This document shows positions 60,384-64,000 of a DNA stretch of 64,000 nt, piece by piece. The stretch covers positions 1,536,001 through 1,600,000 of the forward strand of contig OY968769.1 of assembly GCA_963695345.1 (NCBI GenBank). The letters are read 5' to 3'. Made by a program: the position numbers and the translations under genes. This DNA is from an uncultured Methanomassiliicoccales archaeon (GTDB lineage Archaea; Thermoplasmatota; Thermoplasmata; Methanomassiliicoccales; UBA472). The notes under the pieces were generated by a model. The model searched no databases and had not been told where the DNA came from. It worked only from the letters and a program-made list of their open reading frames with translations. Position 1 is the stretch's first letter. Every line of letters starts with the position of its first letter.

Positions 60384-61628
60384 ATGAAAGAATTTAACAC
60401 TCTCGACGATTTCAATTTCAGAGACAAGACCGTCATACTAAGGTTGGACATCAATTGTCCACTGAACAAGGAGGACTTGTCCCTGGAGGATGACAACCGC
60501 ATCGTCCAGGTACTGCCAACGATACGCGAGCTCTTGGAGAAGAGCGCCAAGGTAGTGATCATTGCCCATCAAGGCCGAATGGGAGATTGGGACTATTGCT
60601 CCCTGGACCAGCACGCCAAGGCTTTGAGCGATCACCTCGATCATAAAGTGCCCTACGTAGACGATCTGTATGGCGATGTGGCGAAGAATGCCATCCGGTC
60701 GATGCTGCCGGGAACCGCCATAGTTCTCAAGAACGTCAGGTCCATGGAGTGCGAACAGGAAAAAATGACCATGGAAGAGCATTCCAGGTCAGAACTGGTC
60801 CAGAACCTGGCACCGCTGGCGGACTATTATGTTTCGGACGCTTTCGGGGCGGCCCATCGGGCGCACTGTTCCCTGATCGGATTCCAGGCCCTCCTGCCCT
60901 CGGCCGCCGGCAGGCTGCTGGAGAAGGAGCTGAACGCGCTGGGAGAGGTATTCGAACAACCCAAGAGGCCGTGCGTCTTCGTCCTAGGGGGTTCCAAGTT
61001 CACCGATTCGATCAAGGTCATCGATCGGGTGCTGAACATGAAGATCGCCGACTGGGTGATATTGGTGGGGCTTTCGGCGAACGCGCTGCTGAAGGCAAGG
61101 GGAGTTGACCTCGGTCCGGCCAGCGAGGAGATCCTGATGAAGGAGTTCACCCAGGAGAATCTGGATTCGGCCAGGAAGCTCCTGCACGAGAAAGGTAGCA
61201 AGATCCTGCTGCCTCACGATGTGGCGGTGGATGCAGGAGGAAAACGTTCCGAGGTCAAGGTCGGGGACCTGCCCTCCGAATATCCGATAATGGATGTCGG
61301 TTCTCATTCCGTGGCAAAGTTCGCGAAGGTGGTGCACGGCGCCGGGACCGTTTTCATGTCTGGTCCGGCCGGTGTATTCGAACGCGAGGAGTTCTCCCTC
61401 GCTACCAGGGAACTTATGAACGCGGCAGTATCTGGACACGCTTTCACAGTGATCGGCGGCGGGCACACCGTGAGCGCCGCGGAGAAGTTCGGGCTGTTCG
61501 ACCGCTTTTCCTATGTCAGCACCGGAGGCGGGGCGCTGGAGACCTATCTGCTGGGCAAGCCGATGCCGGTGGTCGAGGCGCTCAAGGCAGCCTACGACCG
61601 CGAGCAGACCAAATGCAAGGTCGATTGA
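60384..61628 (+). CDS. pgk: Phosphoglycerate kinase
   Basis: RLDIN.P, AHQGR, DAFGAAHR.H.S, GGGHT, STGGGA. Confidence 0.96.
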   Translation: MKEFNTLDDFNFRDKTVILRLDINCPLNKEDLSLEDDNRIVQVLPTIRELLEKSAKVVIIAHQGRMGDWDYCSLDQHAKALSDHLDHKVPYVDDLYGDVAKNAIRSMLPGTAIVLKNVRSMECEQEKMTMEEHSRSELVQNLAPLADYYVSDAFGAAHRAHCSLIGFQALLPSAAGRLLEKELNALGEVFEQPKRPCVFVLGGSKFTDSIKVIDRVLNMKIADWVILVGLSANALLKARGVDLGPASEEILMKEFTQENLDSARKLLHEKGSKILLPHDVAVDAGGKRSEVKVGDLPSEYPIMDVGSHSVAKFAKVVHGAGTVFMSGPAGVFEREEFSLATRELMNAAVSGHAFTVIGGGHTVSAAEKFGLFDRFSYVSTGGGALETYLLGKPMPVVEALKAAYDREQTKCKVD

Positions 61629-61740
61629 ACCAAGCTCAGCCCCATGCTGGCGATCGCTATTGCCGCCGCGCGGTGATGTCTAAGGCTCTGACCTCAGATG
61701 ATCATCGGGATCGAAGGACCGAAGTCATCGTCACAGATCA

Positions 61741-61772
61741 ATAAAAAATGCGGCGGGGAGGTCCCCGCCATT
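61741..61772 (-). terminator. Hairpin plus T-tract after dapL
   Basis: GGCGGGGA/TCCCCGCC inverted repeat followed on the minus strand by TTTTTT. Confidence 0.6.
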
Positions 61773-61776
61773 TGCC

Positions 61777-62934
61777 TTACAGGACCTTTCTCATCCTCTC
61801 CAACGCCTCTTCGATGCGCTCCGCCGGTTGGGTCGTCGCCATGCGGATGTATCCCTCTCCGCCTTCCCCAAAGCCCACACCCGGGGTGACCACGACGCCG
61901 ACGCTGAGCATCTTCTCGGCGAACTTCATCGAGCTCCCCTCGATCTTGAGCCACAGGTAGAACGTTCCCAGGGGCGGGTCTACCTTGAAACCGAGCTTGC
62001 GCAGACCGCCGACCAATACGTCCCGGCGGTGCTGGTAGATCTCGATGTTCTTCTTGACGCACTCGGGCTTCTGGTTGTCGGCGTACATGTTCAGGGCCAT
62101 GACCATGGCCTTCTGGATGAACTTCGGCGCGCCGGAATCGATCTGGGACTTGGTCTTCTTCAGTCCGGCGATCAGGTTCGCGTCGCCTACTGCATAGCCG
62201 ATGCGGTAGCCGGTCATGTTGAAGGTCTTTGAGAGCGAACCGAACTCGATGGCCTCGTTGCTCTTGCAGCACTCCAGTACGCTGGGCGCCTCATAGCCGT
62301 CGAAGGTCATTTCCGAATAGGCGTTGTCGTAGCAGAAGATGGTGTCCGTCTCCAGCGCCCACGTCGCCGCCTTGCGGAGGAAATCCTTTCCGCAGGTGGC
62401 TCCGGTCGGGTTGTTCGGATAGTTCAGGTACAGCATCCTGGCGTCCGATGGCAGGTGGTCCAGATTGGGCAGGAACTTGTTCTCCGCCCGGAGCGGGAAC
62501 CGGACCGGAACGGCATCGCAGAGGGTGGCTGCTCCCTGCGCGTAGACTGGATAGGCCACATCCGGGCACAGGACCTTCTCGCCAGGGTTGACGAAAGCCC
62601 GGCAGATATTGGCCAGGCCTTCCTTCGAACCGATAAGGATGGCGACCTGCCCGTGCGGGTCCAGGTTCACCCCGAAGCGTCTTTCGTACCAGTCCGCCAC
62701 CGCCTGGCGTGCGTCCAATTCGCCGCTGCTCGACGGGTAGCGGTGGTTCTCTGGGTCATCCAGCTGTTTCTTGATCTCCTCTATGATGGGGCTCGGGGTC
62801 GGCAGATCGGGGTCCCCGATGCCGAAATCGATGATATCCAATCCCTCGTTCCTCTTGATCCTTACCTTTTCCTCTATCTCCGCGAAAAGATAAGATGGCA
62901 ACTTCTTCAATCTGGTAGCTTGTTCGAACGCCAT
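61777..62934 (-). CDS. dapL: LL-diaminopimelate aminotransferase (class I/II PLP)
   Basis: GIGDPD.PT, GSKEG, NYPNNPTG, D.AY, SLSKTFNMTGYR.G; in an operon with dapF and lysA. Confidence 0.85.
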   Translation of the reverse strand: MAFEQATRLKKLPSYLFAEIEEKVRIKRNEGLDIIDFGIGDPDLPTPSPIIEEIKKQLDDPENHRYPSSSGELDARQAVADWYERRFGVNLDPHGQVAILIGSKEGLANICRAFVNPGEKVLCPDVAYPVYAQGAATLCDAVPVRFPLRAENKFLPNLDHLPSDARMLYLNYPNNPTGATCGKDFLRKAATWALETDTIFCYDNAYSEMTFDGYEAPSVLECCKSNEAIEFGSLSKTFNMTGYRIGYAVGDANLIAGLKKTKSQIDSGAPKFIQKAMVMALNMYADNQKPECVKKNIEIYQHRRDVLVGGLRKLGFKVDPPLGTFYLWLKIEGSSMKFAEKMLSVGVVVTPGVGFGEGGEGYIRMATTQPAERIEEALERMRKVL

Positions 62935-62943
62935 TTCCCACAC

Positions 62944-63771
62944 CTACTCCATATCGCCCTGGAACACCCGGGCGGCCGGCCCTCGCATGGTGACAGAACC
63001 GAGGTCCTTGGCCACCGCGATCCACAGGCTGCCTCCCGGCAGTCTGACCTCGATCTCGCGGTCGTACGGCGCCAGTCCCTGAAGGGCGGCGGCGACCGCC
63101 GTCGCGCATGCACCGGTTCCGCAGGCCATGGTCCAGCCAGCGCCTCTCTCGAGCACTTTGACCGTCAATATTCCATTCGATGATTTAACAAATTCTACGT
63201 TCGTTCTCTTGGGGAACGACTCACTTGACTGGATGATCGGAGCGAGCCTTTCCTGCTCCTCTTCCGTGAACTCCTGGAAGGTGATGAAATGGGGGTTTCC
63301 CATGGAGACCGCGGTCCCTCTCACCTTTTTTCCGCCGACCTCGAGCACGGAATCGATGAACTTGCCCGGACATCTCATCGGGACCTTGGAGCACTCAAGT
63401 TCGGCTGCTCCCATGCCCACCTTGACATCCGTGACCTGATCCCCGCTTACGGTGCAGTCGATGGTCTTGATCCCCGCCAGGGTGTCGATGGTCATTTGCT
63501 TCTTCTTGACGATGCCGAAGTCGTGAAGGTGCTTTGCCACGCACCTGATCCCGTTTCCGCACATCTCCGCCACCGAACCATCGGAGTTCAGTATGCTCAT
63601 GGTGGCGTCAGCCCTTGCCGACCGTTCCACGTAGAGGATACCGTCGGCTCCGATGCCGAAGCGGCGATCGCACACCGAGGTGACCCAGGCGGCATCCTTG
63701 TTGGCTTTGCCATCAAAATTGTCCAACAGAACGAAATCGTTTCCGATCCCGTGATATTTCCAGAACTTCAC
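62944..63771 (-). CDS. dapF: Diaminopimelate epimerase
   Basis: KYHGIGNDF, MCGNGIRC, MGNPH, ERGAG.T.ACGTG. Confidence 0.96.
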   Translation of the reverse strand: MKFWKYHGIGNDFVLLDNFDGKANKDAAWVTSVCDRRFGIGADGILYVERSARADATMSILNSDGSVAEMCGNGIRCVAKHLHDFGIVKKKQMTIDTLAGIKTIDCTVSGDQVTDVKVGMGAAELECSKVPMRCPGKFIDSVLEVGGKKVRGTAVSMGNPHFITFQEFTEEEQERLAPIIQSSESFPKRTNVEFVKSSNGILTVKVLERGAGWTMACGTGACATAVAAALQGLAPYDREIEVRLPGGSLWIAVAKDLGSVTMRGPAARVFQGDME

Positions 63772-64000
63772 ACCATCAACCTTCCCGGTACCTTCTGGTG
63801 AGAAGTCAGGTCATCCAGCGTCTGGGCTTCCCGTATCAGGTTCATCTGGCCGTCCTTGACCAGGACCTCCGCCGGCAGCGGCCTCGAGTTGTAGTTGGAG
63901 GCCATCGTGAATCCGTAGGCCCCCGTGTCGTAGACCGCGATGAGGTCTCCCAGTTCGATCATGGGCAGCATCCGGTCGCGGGCGATGAAATCCCCGGTCT
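63768..64000 (-). CDS. lysA: Diaminopimelate decarboxylase, 3' end (truncated by the window edge)
   Basis: ETGDF.ARDR, DTGAYGF.MASNYNSRP.PAEV. Confidence 0.93.
   Translation of the reverse strand, partial: TGDFIARDRMLPMIELGDLIAVYDTGAYGFTMASNYNSRPLPAEVLVKDGQMNLIREAQTLDDLTSHQKVPGRLMV

Overview
Archaeal chromosomal window of roughly 55-60% GC (estimated by eye). Gene content (hgcAB, type II GAPDH, archease, aspartate dehydrogenase, DUF2769, TATA-type promoters) best fits Methanomassiliicoccales (Thermoplasmatota); this assignment is an inference. Most genes are housekeeping or amino-acid metabolism: proAB, ilvE, ilvC, two ilvB, lysA-dapF-dapL, two paaK-like ligases with two Na+/solute symporters, trkAH, sdhAB plus an aspA/fumC-family lyase, tldD/pmbA, gap and pgk. 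No rRNA, tRNA, CRISPR array or transposase was recognised. The strongest unexplained signal is a pair of unannotated 22-codon Val/Leu/Ile-rich GTG-start uORFs, one before each ilvB paralog. Each sits about 25 nt after a TATA box and is followed by a U-tract hairpin, which looks like ribosome-dependent attenuation in an archaeon. Other highlights are a perfect 20-bp palindrome upstream of the AbrB-hgcA-hgcB operon, a BlaI/M56/ABC module with two matching operators, and a shared promoter motif across the paaK/symporter cluster. The window also has an apparent ACG-initiated phosphomevalonate decarboxylase, an IlvC with a histone-H1-like tail and a luxE/luxC-like pair. Five +1 frameshifts may be sequencing errors. 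All family calls come from motif recognition, not database searches.
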